A DNA stretch of 55,731 nucleotides, from positions 1 through 55,731 of the forward strand of contig JALSLM010000101.1 in the NCBI GenBank assembly GCA_026988295.1, given 5' to 3'. The notes beneath the pieces are model-generated. The model saw only the letters and a program-made list of their open reading frames with translations. It was not told the DNA's origin and searched no databases. Each line of letters opens with the position of its first letter. Positions within the stretch are counted from its first letter, which is position 1. Made by a program: the position numbers and the translations under genes. The DNA is from Thiotrichaceae bacterium (GTDB lineage: Bacteria; Pseudomonadota; Gammaproteobacteria; Thiotrichales; Thiotrichaceae). Positions 19,725 to 30,904 of this stretch are shown here, one piece after another.

Positions 19725-21110
19725 TCAATAAGCATTTTTATCGGTAAAAGCGCGGAATATAGTGAAGAAGATGATTTTTAAATCTAACCATAAACTCCAT
19801 TCACGCATGTATTCTAAGTCAAACTCAACACGTTTACGCATTTTGTAGATAGTATTAGTTTCGCCTCGCCAACCATTGATTTGTGCCCAACCTGTAATTC
19901 CTGGTTTGATCATGTGACGCAACATGTAACCGGGTATAATTGTGCGATATTGTTCATTATGTGCAACCGCATGAGGACGTGGTCCAACAATTGACATAGT
20001 TCCTTGTAATACATTAAAAAATTGTGGCAATTCATCCAAAGAAGTTTTACGCAAGAATTCACCAATTTTGGTATAACGGCTATCACCTCTTGTAGCCTGT
20101 GTCACAGTATCACCATCTTCACAGACTGTCATTGAGCGAAATTTCCAAACAAGTATTTTCTCACCCTTTAAACCATAACGTGTTTGCTTGAAGAGTACAG
20201 GACCTTTTGACGTAAATTTTACTGCGACAGCAATAGCAAGCAGTATAGGCGAGATAAGAGTAAGAATAATACTACCTAATAGTAAATCTTCAACACGTTT
20301 GATAAAAGCATGATCGGCGGAAAAAGGAGAATCATAAATACATAAAACAGGGTTATCGGCGATTTCAATAAACTTACTATGGAGTAAGTTTGTTGTGAAG
20401 TAATCTGGCAATAAGCGTATTGGTGTTGCACTATCTGAAAGCTCATCTAGGAGTCGTAACATTCGACTACGCGCTTCAACTGGCAGGGCAATATAAATTT
20501 GATCCCATTCTCCGCGACGTGCAGCCAAAATCATGTCATCAAAATTACCCAAGAGTGAATAGTGGTTAATAATCTCATTGTAAGCACGTTCTGAACGGTC
20601 TTCATAAAAACCAACTACGTTGTAGCCAAATTCAGGTTTATTTTCTAGATCTCGGGCAAAATGGAAACCGTTTTGTGTCATACCGACAATAGCAACTGTG
20701 CGATTATTTACTCCTAATCGCCGTAAATGAGCAAAGATAACACGCAACAGAAAACGAGCTAGAATAAGAAGAATTGGAGTCGCAATTAACCAAGCGATTA
20801 GCACTACTCGGGAGAATTGCTCACTAGTTTTAGTAACAAAGGCGATAAATATCAAAGAAAGAAAAGTTAGCAACCAAGCAATAATAATTCTAACTGCTTC
20901 ATCACGTAAAGGACGACCACTCCAAGAGGTATAAATATCAGTAAATCGACCGACCAGTCCGAAGATTACAACAGCACTTAAACCTGCGATTAAATAGCCT
21001 TCCGTATTATAAAAATTAGTGTAGGGAGAACCTAGAAAAAGGGTGAGTAGAATAATAAGAATATCGACGGTGCGATAGATTAGCTCAGAGCTGATATGTT
21101 TATCGTCCAC
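19725..21110 (-). CDS. wcaJ: Undecaprenyl-phosphate glucose phosphotransferase (priming transferase, WcaJ/GumD type)
   Basis: KFRSM, SLDELPQFFNVLQGTMSIVGPRP and KPGITGWAQING; N-terminal TM segments. Confidence 0.92.
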   Translation of the reverse strand: MDDKHISSELIYRTVDILIILLTLFLGSPYTNFYNTEGYLIAGLSAVVIFGLVGRFTDIYTSWSGRPLRDEAVRIIIAWLLTFLSLIFIAFVTKTSEQFSRVVLIAWLIATPILLILARFLLRVIFAHLRRLGVNNRTVAIVGMTQNGFHFARDLENKPEFGYNVVGFYEDRSERAYNEIINHYSLLGNFDDMILAARRGEWDQIYIALPVEARSRMLRLLDELSDSATPIRLLPDYFTTNLLHSKFIEIADNPVLCIYDSPFSADHAFIKRVEDLLLGSIILTLISPILLAIAVAVKFTSKGPVLFKQTRYGLKGEKILVWKFRSMTVCEDGDTVTQATRGDSRYTKIGEFLRKTSLDELPQFFNVLQGTMSIVGPRPHAVAHNEQYRTIIPGYMLRHMIKPGITGWAQINGWRGETNTIYKMRKRVEFDLEYMREWSLWLDLKIIFFTIFRAFTDKNAY

Positions 21111-21458
21111 AGGTGATTAGTCCTTTAAATTGATGCCAGTACTATATAATTTACAATCAATAAGCCTCTATATGGCACATTGCGTATAAATCACTATGCT
21201 ATAAACAGTTGAAAGTTAATAACTATTTTATCCACTTTCACATATTTACGTCTTGCTATTCAACGAGTATAAAACATTTTAATCGTACATTCATAATCTT
21301 GAACAGTAGCATAAATATTATACAGAATTATATCCTTTTAATTCTGTTTAAACTTACCAGTGCTGGTATTTTCAGGAAGAACTGCAAGTTTTATAACAAC
21401 ATAAAGGACAGGGACGGAAGTTTCAAGTAATAATTTCCACTTCCTGTCTATATATGAA

Positions 21459-22298
21459 TTATCTGGATGAGGTATCTTTTTCCCATTGATAACTTTCCAG
21501 CTTTTTAAATTGCAATTTGGCACGTACACGTATAATCAAAGCAATAGCAATATATACACTGGTATGCAAAAACTCACGACTTAGTAACCGTGACTTCATT
21601 ACATTGCCATAATTTTTGGTTTCGAGTATAGGACATTTTTTTCGTGCAATCAGCTCCATATTTCCCAAACGAGCTCTTGTCTTTATTTTAATCAGTGAAT
21701 AAATATTACGCGGTGCTGTAATAAAAATCTCTGCACCTTCAATATTCGCTATTTCACTGTTTTTAAAATGACAACGAATAAAGCCATCATCACCAATAAC
21801 ATCAGCAAATTTATCAAAACGCTGACGACCTTTTTCACTAACAATAAAGCTACAAGTTGCTATTACCCCTTCCTTAATATATGGAAGATGAGTCCAAACC
21901 TTGTAATAAGTTTTAACTAACCATGATGACTTATGGGTGTTTATTATAGGTGTCGGTGCTGTTAATAATAGTTCATCATTATCTTGCATCATTTGTATCA
22001 CTATTTGAATACAATTGTCACTAAGGCGGGTATCTGCATCAATATAGAAAATAGGATAACTAACACCAAGTTCTTTAGCCTTTTCTTCTGCTATATTTAA
22101 TGCGTTTGTTTTCGAAGGCTTTTCAATATCCAAACAGACTACTTGAGGGTAATTCTGTTTAACAATTTCCACTGTAGTATCCGTACAACCATTGCAAGGG
22201 ACAATAATATGATCAACCCCTCGTTGACTAACAATACTATCCAGACAAGCTTGTATTACACTGGCTTCATTATGAGCAGGAACAATAACTGTTGCCAT
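21459..22298 (-). CDS. Glycosyltransferase family 2
   Basis: VIVPAHNEA, NGCTD and IDAD motifs. Confidence 0.9.
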   Translation of the reverse strand: MATVIVPAHNEASVIQACLDSIVSQRGVDHIIVPCNGCTDTTVEIVKQNYPQVVCLDIEKPSKTNALNIAEEKAKELGVSYPIFYIDADTRLSDNCIQIVIQMMQDNDELLLTAPTPIINTHKSSWLVKTYYKVWTHLPYIKEGVIATCSFIVSEKGRQRFDKFADVIGDDGFIRCHFKNSEIANIEGAEIFITAPRNIYSLIKIKTRARLGNMELIARKKCPILETKNYGNVMKSRLLSREFLHTSVYIAIALIIRVRAKLQFKKLESYQWEKDTSSR

Positions 22299-23233
22299 TA
22301 GTCTTGATACCCCTTAAGCCATTGATTACGTTGATTCAGTACTATTCTCCATTCATCACGAACAGGAATTTTACTCTTTTTGATGAGACTAAAAAGACTA
22401 AGAGCCATTGTTTTATTAAATATATGCCAAAGCAATAAGGCTTTGTAAATAGGTTGTTGCCAGCTCTTAGCATGTTTATTGATAAGTTCTGTTTTACCTT
22501 TTAGTAATTTGAGCATTTTACCTGAAATATTGCTTTCACTGACTCCACCATGATGAATAATTTTAGCATCAGGCGTTACTCTAGGCCGATAACCATTGTT
22601 GATAGCTCGGATACAATAGTCGGCTTCTTCTGCATACATAAAAAAGGCTTCATCCAAGCCTTTAAGTTCTTCCCACAGCTTTCGTGGTGTTAGAAAAAAA
22701 CAACCTGTAATAACATCGACTTCACGCTCACTTTTTCTATCCCAACAACCATAATTATCATGATTAAAAAAACAACTTTTATTAAAAATTTTGCTCAGAC
22801 CAAGCGCACTAAACAAGAGTGTTTTGAATGATAGACGTGCGCGAGCATTATTAGGATTAAGACTTAAATCATTATTCAATGTAACCCCACCCCAAATACC
22901 TGCCTGTGGTGTGTTTTGGGCAAATACCATAAGCTTATCAATAGCACTATCAAGGATAACAGTGTCAGGATTAAGTAATAGTATGTAATCACTATCACTT
23001 GCTTTAACACCAATATTAACGGCTTTGGCAAAACCAAGATTTGCCCCCGTTTGAATTATTTCTACATCAGCAAATTTATGAGTAATAAGCTCGACGGAAT
23101 CATCTTTGGAATTATTATCAACCATAATGATTTTAAAATCAGTATCAGGTGTTTCATTGAAAACGGATTCAATCGCACGTTTAGTATATTCTGCGGTATT
23201 GTATGAAACTAGAATAATATCAAGCTGACTCAT
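22298..23233 (-). CDS. Glycosyltransferase family 2
   Basis: IILVSYNT, VDNNSKD, NLGFA, LLNPD and FFMYAEEAD. Confidence 0.92.
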   Translation of the reverse strand: MSQLDIILVSYNTAEYTKRAIESVFNETPDTDFKIIMVDNNSKDDSVELITHKFADVEIIQTGANLGFAKAVNIGVKASDSDYILLLNPDTVILDSAIDKLMVFAQNTPQAGIWGGVTLNNDLSLNPNNARARLSFKTLLFSALGLSKIFNKSCFFNHDNYGCWDRKSEREVDVITGCFFLTPRKLWEELKGLDEAFFMYAEEADYCIRAINNGYRPRVTPDAKIIHHGGVSESNISGKMLKLLKGKTELINKHAKSWQQPIYKALLLWHIFNKTMALSLFSLIKKSKIPVRDEWRIVLNQRNQWLKGYQD

Positions 23234-23738
23234 TGCTATTCTCTTTGACTATTTCTTTGTCTGATTTCTTGCTTGATTGTGCTAGATACTCTTCGGTTAA
23301 CATACCATACTCAATAGTATCAATTCCTGTTTTGATGACATTGGCAGGGTTTCCCGCAACAATACAATTTGAAGGAACATCTTTGGTAACAACACTACCA
23401 GCCGCAACAATAACATGATCACCAATTGTCACATTAGGCATCACAATAGAGCCGCAACCAATAAAACAATATGAGCCAATAACTGTTTTTGCTGCATGAC
23501 GACGTGAGGCATAGTCATGTGAGAGTATAATAGCATCAAATGTCACCATCGTTTTCTCACCGATGGTTAAACCCTTTGGGTTGGTTTTATCAATACGTGA
23601 TTTAAATGAAAGACGTACATCTTTAGCAATATTCATACCGTAAACGGTTCTAAAGTACCAGGTTCGCACTGATAATAATGTATTGCGTAATCGTACTAAC
23701 ACCATAAACATATTCTGGTTAATAAAGCGCGCTCTCAT
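23220..23738 (-). CDS. Hexapeptide-repeat O-acetyltransferase
   Basis: Left-handed beta-helix repeats; AGSVVTKDVP..VAGNPA. Confidence 0.9.
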   Translation of the reverse strand: MRARFINQNMFMVLVRLRNTLLSVRTWYFRTVYGMNIAKDVRLSFKSRIDKTNPKGLTIGEKTMVTFDAIILSHDYASRRHAAKTVIGSYCFIGCGSIVMPNVTIGDHVIVAAGSVVTKDVPSNCIVAGNPANVIKTGIDTIEYGMLTEEYLAQSSKKSDKEIVKENSNESA

Positions 23739-23774
23739 TGCTGGCTCCTTAGAAAATATACGACAGTATTAAAA

Positions 23775-23803
23775 ACCCATCCCCCCCCTTTTTTACATAT
23801 TTT
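23775..23803 (-). repeat. Family D motif
   Basis: acccatccccccccttttttacatatttt between the wzy-like gene and the acetyltransferase. Confidence 0.8.
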
Positions 23804-23805
23804 CA

Positions 23806-25092
23806 TTATTTATCCTCCAGCTTTTTCAATTGCCTTAACTTAGCAATATGAGTCATTCGAGCCAGAATATGATTTAATTTCGGATAGTTTCTTGCCCAGC
23901 CAATAGACCCTAAAATAAAGAAAAATAAAGGTTGGATTTTTCCAAAATAATCAACCGTAAAACCAATTAGTATCAAAGACATAAATGCCAATATCCAGGT
24001 TTGTACCATCCAACGACTAGCAGGATGATGTTTATGTAGATTGTTAAGCACATGGAATACCGCATATAAACAAACGAACAACAATAGGAAACTGGCGATA
24101 ATTCCATGTTGTAATGTCATCAGTAACCAGAAGCTATCAATGCTACTATTCATCCATTCGGGACGTGTCCAGTCATGCAAACCAATTCCAAATAATGGAT
24201 GATCCATAATATCATCCATTGAATACTCCCATTGCAACATGCGGTAGTAACCTGTTACTGGGTTGAATGTTAAATATGAAATTAAGATGGCAAAAAAACC
24301 ACGGTTTGATATGGAATCAATCAATATCATCCCTGATAAAGCAATAAGGCCAAAACCAAACCAGAAGCGTTTACCTCCAGACCAAAAACGACTTAGAACA
24401 GCTGTCATTCCTTGAAAGGCTACAGATAACAAGGGTGCAGACGACAAAGTCGAAATCATGCCTATCAAAATAGCGATGGTTTTAAGTAAATTGCTAATTT
24501 TAAACTTATGAATAGTTAATAAAACAATAAAGGGGAAAAATATAGCTCCTATTGTTCCATAAAGAATCGGATGCGCAAATAAATTGGTGGTACGCATTAT
24601 CCCCATACGAATGTAATAGTGTGTATAGAGCCGATAATCAAGAGAATCATGACCAGTGATATTTTTTGCCCATTCATGCAAAATACGGTGCTTAGCAAAT
24701 GCCTCATAGAGAGAGAAAAATACCAATAGAGCAAGTATAATCACAAACCACATATTGATCTGGTAATAGTCTTTAGGTGTTAGAATAAACAACCGTGCTA
24801 GATAAAAAGCACCTAGTATTTCTATTATTAATATACCTGATGATTCAATACCTTTTTGCAAACCATGATTATAAACAAGGCTTGCACTTGCGAGTAATAC
24901 AAAGAAAAACAATAAAATATCAATAATATCAGCTTTCTCTAATACTCGCCTAATATTAAAAAAGGCATAAATTAATGCCAATCCAAGAATTACACGATAG
25001 GCTTCGATACGTAAAGTCCCTACCAAATAATGAAATTCAACAGGTATAAATATGGATACGACAAACAGCATCGCAAGGATACGAATAATCAT
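23806..25092 (-). CDS. Wzy polymerase / O-antigen ligase-like membrane protein
   Basis: About 10 or more TM segments; R...F.HP..YG and PLFGIG loop motifs; position within the EPS cluster. Confidence 0.75.
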   Translation of the reverse strand: MIIRILAMLFVVSIFIPVEFHYLVGTLRIEAYRVILGLALIYAFFNIRRVLEKADIIDILLFFFVLLASASLVYNHGLQKGIESSGILIIEILGAFYLARLFILTPKDYYQINMWFVIILALLVFFSLYEAFAKHRILHEWAKNITGHDSLDYRLYTHYYIRMGIMRTTNLFAHPILYGTIGAIFFPFIVLLTIHKFKISNLLKTIAILIGMISTLSSAPLLSVAFQGMTAVLSRFWSGGKRFWFGFGLIALSGMILIDSISNRGFFAILISYLTFNPVTGYYRMLQWEYSMDDIMDHPLFGIGLHDWTRPEWMNSSIDSFWLLMTLQHGIIASFLLLFVCLYAVFHVLNNLHKHHPASRWMVQTWILAFMSLILIGFTVDYFGKIQPLFFFILGSIGWARNYPKLNHILARMTHIAKLRQLKKLEDK

Positions 25093-26435
25093 ACAAGCTG
25101 TCCCTGATCATTAATGTTATGCAATAATTGTTTTATATAGAACAAAGTAAGCACTGCAAGCACTAAGACACCATTTGCAATCAGCGTAGCTAAGGCGGCA
25201 CCTTCAATGCCATATATTTTAATAAAAACAAAATTACAAATCAGATTAATAATTAATGCAATAACTAATATAATATTAAGGTATCGCACTTTTTCACGAA
25301 TAATAAACATAAAAGAAAAAGTCAGACTAGCCGAACGAAATAATTGTGCCAATAGTAATAAAGCAAGAGCATGTTTAGCAACGATATAGCCCTCACCAAA
25401 AGCAATTAATATCCAATCTGAAAGTAAATACATAATAATAGTTACAAGCAATACAACGCCAATAACTAGTGCAGTTGATTGCCAGAAAAAAGCTAATAAA
25501 TGAGCTGGCTTCTGTTTATATAGATTAAGCAGTCTTGGATAGATTGTCGCTTCGAGTGCTTGCAAAAAAAATAAAATCACATAAGATATTTTAGCCGCAA
25601 CACTATAATCAGCAACCTGATCATTAGGTAAAAACCAGCCAACCATAATAGTATCTGCAAATAGCATCAAATAGGCAAAAATAGAAATGGGAGCTAGTGG
25701 CATCGACTTTTTAATCACACCATAAATACTGGGAACCGCTTCAGGCTTATTAATGGCATCGGCACCATCCCTGCTACCACTAATACTTACCTGTGGCTTT
25801 AAATAGCACCAAGTCAATATCATGGCAAAAATCCCAGCCAAAATATTTGAGGCTGTATATAAATTAATATAATGCTGATTTTGAGTAAACTGGTTCCAAA
25901 AAATACCAATGAAGAACAGGAAAGCAATAGCAGGAAGTGCGTTTTGACTAAGCACCCCTACAACAGTTTTTTTGATTGCTTTAAGATAAGTACTATTGAG
26001 TATCACAAGATTAAAAAATAAAATACCAATACTGGCAAACATTAAGTCACTTAAAGAAATAATACTTAAGCCGCCATTATCAAAAAATGAAGCACGAATT
26101 GCTGGACTTAATAACAACCAAATTGCAACAAAAATTAGGGATAAACTAAAAACTGCTTTATAGCTATTTTTTAAGTATTCGCTACGAAAATTACTATGAG
26201 ATTCATGTGAACTTGCAACTTCTTTAATAAGTAGCTGATCAATCCCTAAGCGGCTAAGCATGGCAACTCCCGTTACGAACTGCATCAACAATAATAGATC
26301 ACCAGCAGCAAGCTTAGGCAAACGATTAGTTATAACTAGAATAACAGCAAAATTCAAAGCCACGCCAGTAAAACGCGCAATCAATGACCACAAACTTTGT
26401 AAAATAAGTGGATTAGATAGGATTTTTTTTAACAT
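25089..26435 (-). CDS. Oligosaccharide flippase (Wzx/MOP family)
   Basis: About 12 TM segments; DTIMVG..YSVAAK, IYP and YGIEGAALAT motifs. Confidence 0.88.
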   Translation of the reverse strand: MLKKILSNPLILQSLWSLIARFTGVALNFAVILVITNRLPKLAAGDLLLLMQFVTGVAMLSRLGIDQLLIKEVASSHESHSNFRSEYLKNSYKAVFSLSLIFVAIWLLLSPAIRASFFDNGGLSIISLSDLMFASIGILFFNLVILNSTYLKAIKKTVVGVLSQNALPAIAFLFFIGIFWNQFTQNQHYINLYTASNILAGIFAMILTWCYLKPQVSISGSRDGADAINKPEAVPSIYGVIKKSMPLAPISIFAYLMLFADTIMVGWFLPNDQVADYSVAAKISYVILFFLQALEATIYPRLLNLYKQKPAHLLAFFWQSTALVIGVVLLVTIIMYLLSDWILIAFGEGYIVAKHALALLLLAQLFRSASLTFSFMFIIREKVRYLNIILVIALIINLICNFVFIKIYGIEGAALATLIANGVLVLAVLTLFYIKQLLHNINDQGQLV

Positions 26436-26438
26436 TAT

Positions 26439-26921
26439 CTAACGTTTACCAGTTTTGATAAAATTGGCAAGATAACTACTTAGTTCAGAACTACCTACCT
26501 TATTCTCAGGATCAGCAACGATAAGCTGATCAATATGCTCAAGATGATTAAAAAGCTCTTTTTTTGTACTGGCAGTATAAACACCATCTAACTTCCCCAT
26601 CCATTTTAAGCCTTCAGCTTGATGATCATTGCGATGCTCACCTAATTTATATTGACGGTTCATCACAATAATGGGCGTTTGTTGTTCACGGGCACTAATA
26701 ATATTGCCCATTCCTGCATGTGAAACAAATACTGATGCCTCTCTTATATTTTTATTGTACTCCTCACCATCCAAAAAACGTTGCCATTTAATATGTGCAG
26801 GTAAATATTCACCCTCCGATATTTGAGCCAATACTTTTTCTTCATGATCATTTGCCCAATCGTCCATGTTCTCAATAAGACGATCAAAAGGAAATTGCGT
26901 ACCGACAGCGACAAAGATCAT
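26439..26921 (-). CDS. PssE/CpsG (Alg13-like, GT28 C-terminal) glycosyltransferase subunit
   Basis: MIFVAVGTQFPFDRL, SHAGMG and GEHRNDHQ. Confidence 0.9.
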   Translation of the reverse strand: MIFVAVGTQFPFDRLIENMDDWANDHEEKVLAQISEGEYLPAHIKWQRFLDGEEYNKNIREASVFVSHAGMGNIISAREQQTPIIVMNRQYKLGEHRNDHQAEGLKWMGKLDGVYTASTKKELFNHLEHIDQLIVADPENKVGSSELSSYLANFIKTGKR

Positions 26922-27382
26922 AAAATAGATCCTTTGTAGATAATTTTTTTATTATCACTTAATGGTTGCCACTGAGTAATAACAAGATCAGCATGTTTTA
27001 TTACCATACGAGCAGAACGGGAAAGAATACTGACATTGGCAATACTATCTACCCAAATTGTTTTAATAGGTAAAAACTTTACCAAAAGAAAAGCAATCGC
27101 ACCTGGTGCCGCACCAGTTGAAATAATAGCAGTGGGACGTTCTCTAATAAAAATCCACAATAATTGTAATGCTAACGGTATTAGCTTGTGCTTACTTGTT
27201 GCACTAGCATCAGTGATATTTAAAACTTTTTGATTTGATTTAGTAGATGAATATTGTGCCCCAGGTGTAACGTAAACTATATCAAACTGAGTTTCGAGTG
27301 GATTGCAAATTTTATTGAGTTGAATCCAATGACCACCAGGAGATGCTATCGCTAATACTTTTTGTTTGTTTTTTTCAGGCAT
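26918..27382 (-). CDS. PssD/CpsF (Alg14-like) glycosyltransferase subunit
   Basis: ASPGGHW, ISTGAAPG, WVDS and TQW. Confidence 0.9.
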   Translation of the reverse strand: MPEKNKQKVLAIASPGGHWIQLNKICNPLETQFDIVYVTPGAQYSSTKSNQKVLNITDASATSKHKLIPLALQLLWIFIRERPTAIISTGAAPGAIAFLLVKFLPIKTIWVDSIANVSILSRSARMVIKHADLVITQWQPLSDNKKIIYKGSIL

Positions 27383-27391
27383 GGGGATACA

Positions 27392-28390
27392 TTATGCAGG
27401 TTTTCTCAAATAAAAGGCCGCTTGATCACCTGACTTACTTGCATTTAACTCTTTGCTCAACTCCTCAAATTCTTGAATATCAGCCTTAGAAAAAAGTGAT
27501 TTATCAGGATTCACTGCATAAGAGTTCTTATCATGAAGTGCTATATCCTGTTGGTACTGAATACTTCCCCAACTTTGAAAAGCAAATGAATCATAGATTA
27601 CCTCTTCAAGTTTAAATCCTAGCTGTTTAGCTAGCACATGCATACTTTTTAGTGAGTGCAAAAATAAATGACGAGGTGCATCAAGTTGCACCCAGTCTAC
27701 TCCGTAACTCCTCCATGCCCATGAGGTAACAGTAGGAATACGAATCATACATATTCCATCAGGTTTTAAGAGTTGATATGTTTTTTCCAACACTTCTTGT
27801 TGATCAACTACATGCTCAAAAGAATGATTGAACATTATCAAATCCCAATCACCTTCAATATTCTGACGAGCTAGTTTATGAATTGATTTCTGTTCAATCC
27901 GAAGCTCATTATCATATTGAATTTCTTTATTATTAAAGGGATCAATGCCTAACAAGTTTTTAAAGCCAGCTTCTTTCATTGAATGCAAAAGATGCCCTGC
28001 TCCACAACCAACATCAAGAATTTTAGAATCAAGGGTAACTTGAGTAAAACGCAATGAAGGTAGCTTATCATGAGGCTGAAGGTGTTGCATCAGTTTGCCA
28101 ATTATACAGTTTCCCGTTGCTGCATAACGATCACGCATTTTTATTAAAGCACCTTTAATCCCTGTTGCTACTTGAATAGCATCGTAAGAATAATAATCAT
28201 CGTTTGGATAATAATCCTGAATATTCATAGGTAGAGTAGCAAGTTGTAAGCACCCACAGTCTGCACATTCAAAATAGGTATGCTTATCACGTAAACCTAG
28301 CATCATTTCACGTACTTCGTACTGAGTATTGTGCTCACTATTTCCACATATTCGACATTCAAAGTTTTGCGCTTTTATCTGCTCAGTCAT
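27392..28390 (-). CDS. Class I SAM-dependent methyltransferase with N-terminal Zn-ribbon
   Basis: CxxC..CxxC; ILDVGCGAG; HSFEHV; DAPRHL. Confidence 0.9.
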   Translation of the reverse strand: MTEQIKAQNFECRICGNSEHNTQYEVREMMLGLRDKHTYFECADCGCLQLATLPMNIQDYYPNDDYYSYDAIQVATGIKGALIKMRDRYAATGNCIIGKLMQHLQPHDKLPSLRFTQVTLDSKILDVGCGAGHLLHSMKEAGFKNLLGIDPFNNKEIQYDNELRIEQKSIHKLARQNIEGDWDLIMFNHSFEHVVDQQEVLEKTYQLLKPDGICMIRIPTVTSWAWRSYGVDWVQLDAPRHLFLHSLKSMHVLAKQLGFKLEEVIYDSFAFQSWGSIQYQQDIALHDKNSYAVNPDKSLFSKADIQEFEELSKELNASKSGDQAAFYLRKPA

Positions 28391-29271
28391 TAGCTATGTA
28401 ATCCTGCATTCACAATATCAACAAGATACTGACCATAACCACTTTTTATCAAGGGGTTAGCTAAAGTAAGTAATTCTTCGGTAGAAATATAATCCATACG
28501 CCAAGCAACCTCTTCAGGACAGGCAATTTTTAAGCCCTGACGCTCTTCTATAACACGAATATAATTAGCAGCATCAAGCAAAGATGCATGAGTACCAGTA
28601 TCTAGCCAGGCTGTTCCTCGCTTTAACATTTCGACGGTAAGATCACCACGCTCGAGATAAACACGATTAACATCAGTAATTTCTAGCTCACCACGCGGTG
28701 AAGGCCTTATATTCTTAGCAATTTCAAGTACATCATTATCATAAAAATAAAGACCTGTAACCGCATAATTTGATTTAGGGTTTTCAGGTTTTTCTTCAAT
28801 ACTAAGAGCCATACCATTTTCATCAAATTCAACTACACCATAGCGTTCTGGATCACGCACATAATAGCCAAAAACAGTAGCACCAGAATTTTGTTTTGAT
28901 AAAGCTAAAAGCCTTTGCGACAAACCTTCACCGTAATAAATATTATCACCAAGAATAAGTGTTACAGCATCATTGCCAACAAACTCTTCAGCAATAATAA
29001 ATGCTTGAGCAAGACCTTCAGGTTTAGCTTGGATAGCATATTGAATATTCAATCCCCATTTTGAACCATCTCCCAATTGTTTTTGAAAGCTATCACTATC
29101 ATGTGGAGTAGTGATTATCAAAATATCCTGAATCCCCGATAGCATTAATACAGTTAAAGGGTAATAAATCATGGGCTTGTCATATACAGGCATTAGCTGT
29201 TTACTGACAACTTGGGTTAGAGGATGCAAGCGAGTACCACTTCCTCCCGCAAGAATAATACCTTTTCTCAT
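28390..29271 (-). CDS. rfbA: Glucose-1-phosphate thymidylyltransferase
   Basis: [32 protein letters not shown] and WLDTGT. Confidence 0.98.
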   Translation of the reverse strand: MRKGIILAGGSGTRLHPLTQVVSKQLMPVYDKPMIYYPLTVLMLSGIQDILIITTPHDSDSFQKQLGDGSKWGLNIQYAIQAKPEGLAQAFIIAEEFVGNDAVTLILGDNIYYGEGLSQRLLALSKQNSGATVFGYYVRDPERYGVVEFDENGMALSIEEKPENPKSNYAVTGLYFYDNDVLEIAKNIRPSPRGELEITDVNRVYLERGDLTVEMLKRGTAWLDTGTHASLLDAANYIRVIEERQGLKIACPEEVAWRMDYISTEELLTLANPLIKSGYGQYLVDIVNAGLHS

Positions 29272-29543
29272 TACTAGTTGTTCCTTATATTGCTATCCTT
29301 AAAGCGCGACCTGACGAGATTAATTACTTAAGCCTGAAATTAAACTAAAAACCAAGAAATAAATAAGGTACGAATACTATTTAATTCTAAGCACTTAGGA
29401 ACGCTGAAAATTTAAGAAGGGTATAATACCCTAGTCGATGCGGGTTTTCTAATATTGATAGATAAAATGCTCACAGTAAGCGACTAACTAAAAAATTAGT
29501 ATGGGACGTTATTGAGTTTTTATTCTTAAGTGTTAGAACCCCC

Positions 29544-30890
29544 TCAAGATAACTTTTCACGATTAAACTCAACCCTTTTACCTTGAGCTCCTTTGCGTAT
29601 TTTATTATTGATATAAACTAGGTTTCCATTTACTACTGTTGCATAAACACTTGAACGAAAGTGATAACCATCAAAAGGGGTCCAAGCACATTTTGAAATA
29701 ACATCTTTATGTCTAGCTGTTATTCCGTTTTCAGTATCCATTACCACAAGATCAGCCCAATACCCTTCTCGAATATAACCACGATTTTTTATATTAAATA
29801 ACTCCGCAACAGCATGACTAGTTTTTTCAACAATAAACTCAAGCGTAAATATTCCATCTTGATAGTGCTCCAACAAAGAAGGCATAACATATTGTACTAA
29901 AGGCAACCCAGAAGGAGCCTGAAAATAATTTCCCTGCTTTTCATCCCAAGTATGAGGAGCGTGATCAGTAGCAATAATATCAAGACGACCGTCCATTAAG
30001 CCCTGAAATAGACCTGCCCTATCGACCTCTGTTTTAATGGCAGGATTACATTTGATAAGAGAGCCTTTTTCAGCATAATCTTCTTCGGTAAAAGCCAAAA
30101 AATGTGAACATACTTCAGCTGTTATACGTTTTTCACTAATAGATGCATCAGAAAACATTTCTGCTTCTTTTGCTGTAGAAATATGTAAAACATGAAGACG
30201 GGTATCATGATTTTTTGCCAACTCTATGGCAAATGATGATGATTTATAACAGGCTTCTTCACTACGAATTTTCGGGTGCAACTCAAAAGGAATATCATCA
30301 CCATAAATTTGCCGATAGTTTTCTTCATTATCAATAATTATTGGAGTATCTTCACAATGTGTGGCAACAAGTAAAGGTGCATGTTTAAACACCCCATTCA
30401 GGGTTTCTTCATCATCAACCAACATATTTCCCGTTGATGCACCCATGAAAACCTTCAATCCACAACAAGCTAGTGGATCTATTGCCTTTATCGCTTCAAG
30501 ATTATCATTAGAAGCACCATGATAAAATGAATAATTAGCAAGAGATTTTTCAGCCCCCAACTTCATTTTTTCTTCAAGAACATCACTATCCAGCACATTT
30601 GGTATCGTATTAGGCATATCGAAGAAGGTTGTTACTCCCCCAGCTACCGCTGCCTGAGACTCAGAGCAAATATCGCCTTTCTTTGGCATTCCCGGGTCTC
30701 GAAAATGCACCTGATCATCTATCATCCCAGGCAATAAATATTTACCCTTGATATCAAGTACCTGTTGAACCTTCATTGAGGATAAATCTTTGCCTATTTT
30801 ATCAATTCGACCATTTCTGATATATATATCGCCATCAAAAATTGTATTTTCATTAACAATTTTAGCATTAAGAATTAGCAATGCCCCCAT
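29544..30890 (-). CDS. pyrC: Dihydroorotase (long, amidohydrolase type)
   Basis: DDQVHFRDPG, DMPNT, KVFMGASTG, KCNPAIK and ATDHAPH; start at 30890 or 30896. Confidence 0.9.
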   Translation of the reverse strand: MGALLILNAKIVNENTIFDGDIYIRNGRIDKIGKDLSSMKVQQVLDIKGKYLLPGMIDDQVHFRDPGMPKKGDICSESQAAVAGGVTTFFDMPNTIPNVLDSDVLEEKMKLGAEKSLANYSFYHGASNDNLEAIKAIDPLACCGLKVFMGASTGNMLVDDEETLNGVFKHAPLLVATHCEDTPIIIDNEENYRQIYGDDIPFELHPKIRSEEACYKSSSFAIELAKNHDTRLHVLHISTAKEAEMFSDASISEKRITAEVCSHFLAFTEEDYAEKGSLIKCNPAIKTEVDRAGLFQGLMDGRLDIIATDHAPHTWDEKQGNYFQAPSGLPLVQYVMPSLLEHYQDGIFTLEFIVEKTSHAVAELFNIKNRGYIREGYWADLVVMDTENGITARHKDVISKCAWTPFDGYHFRSSVYATVVNGNLVYINNKIRKGAQGKRVEFNREKLS

Positions 30891-30904
30891 AGTCAAACTC
30901 CTAT

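Noticed and set aside
29272-29543. ops/JUMPstart element upstream of the EPS cluster
   Set aside because: No GGCGGTAG match found on the coding strand.
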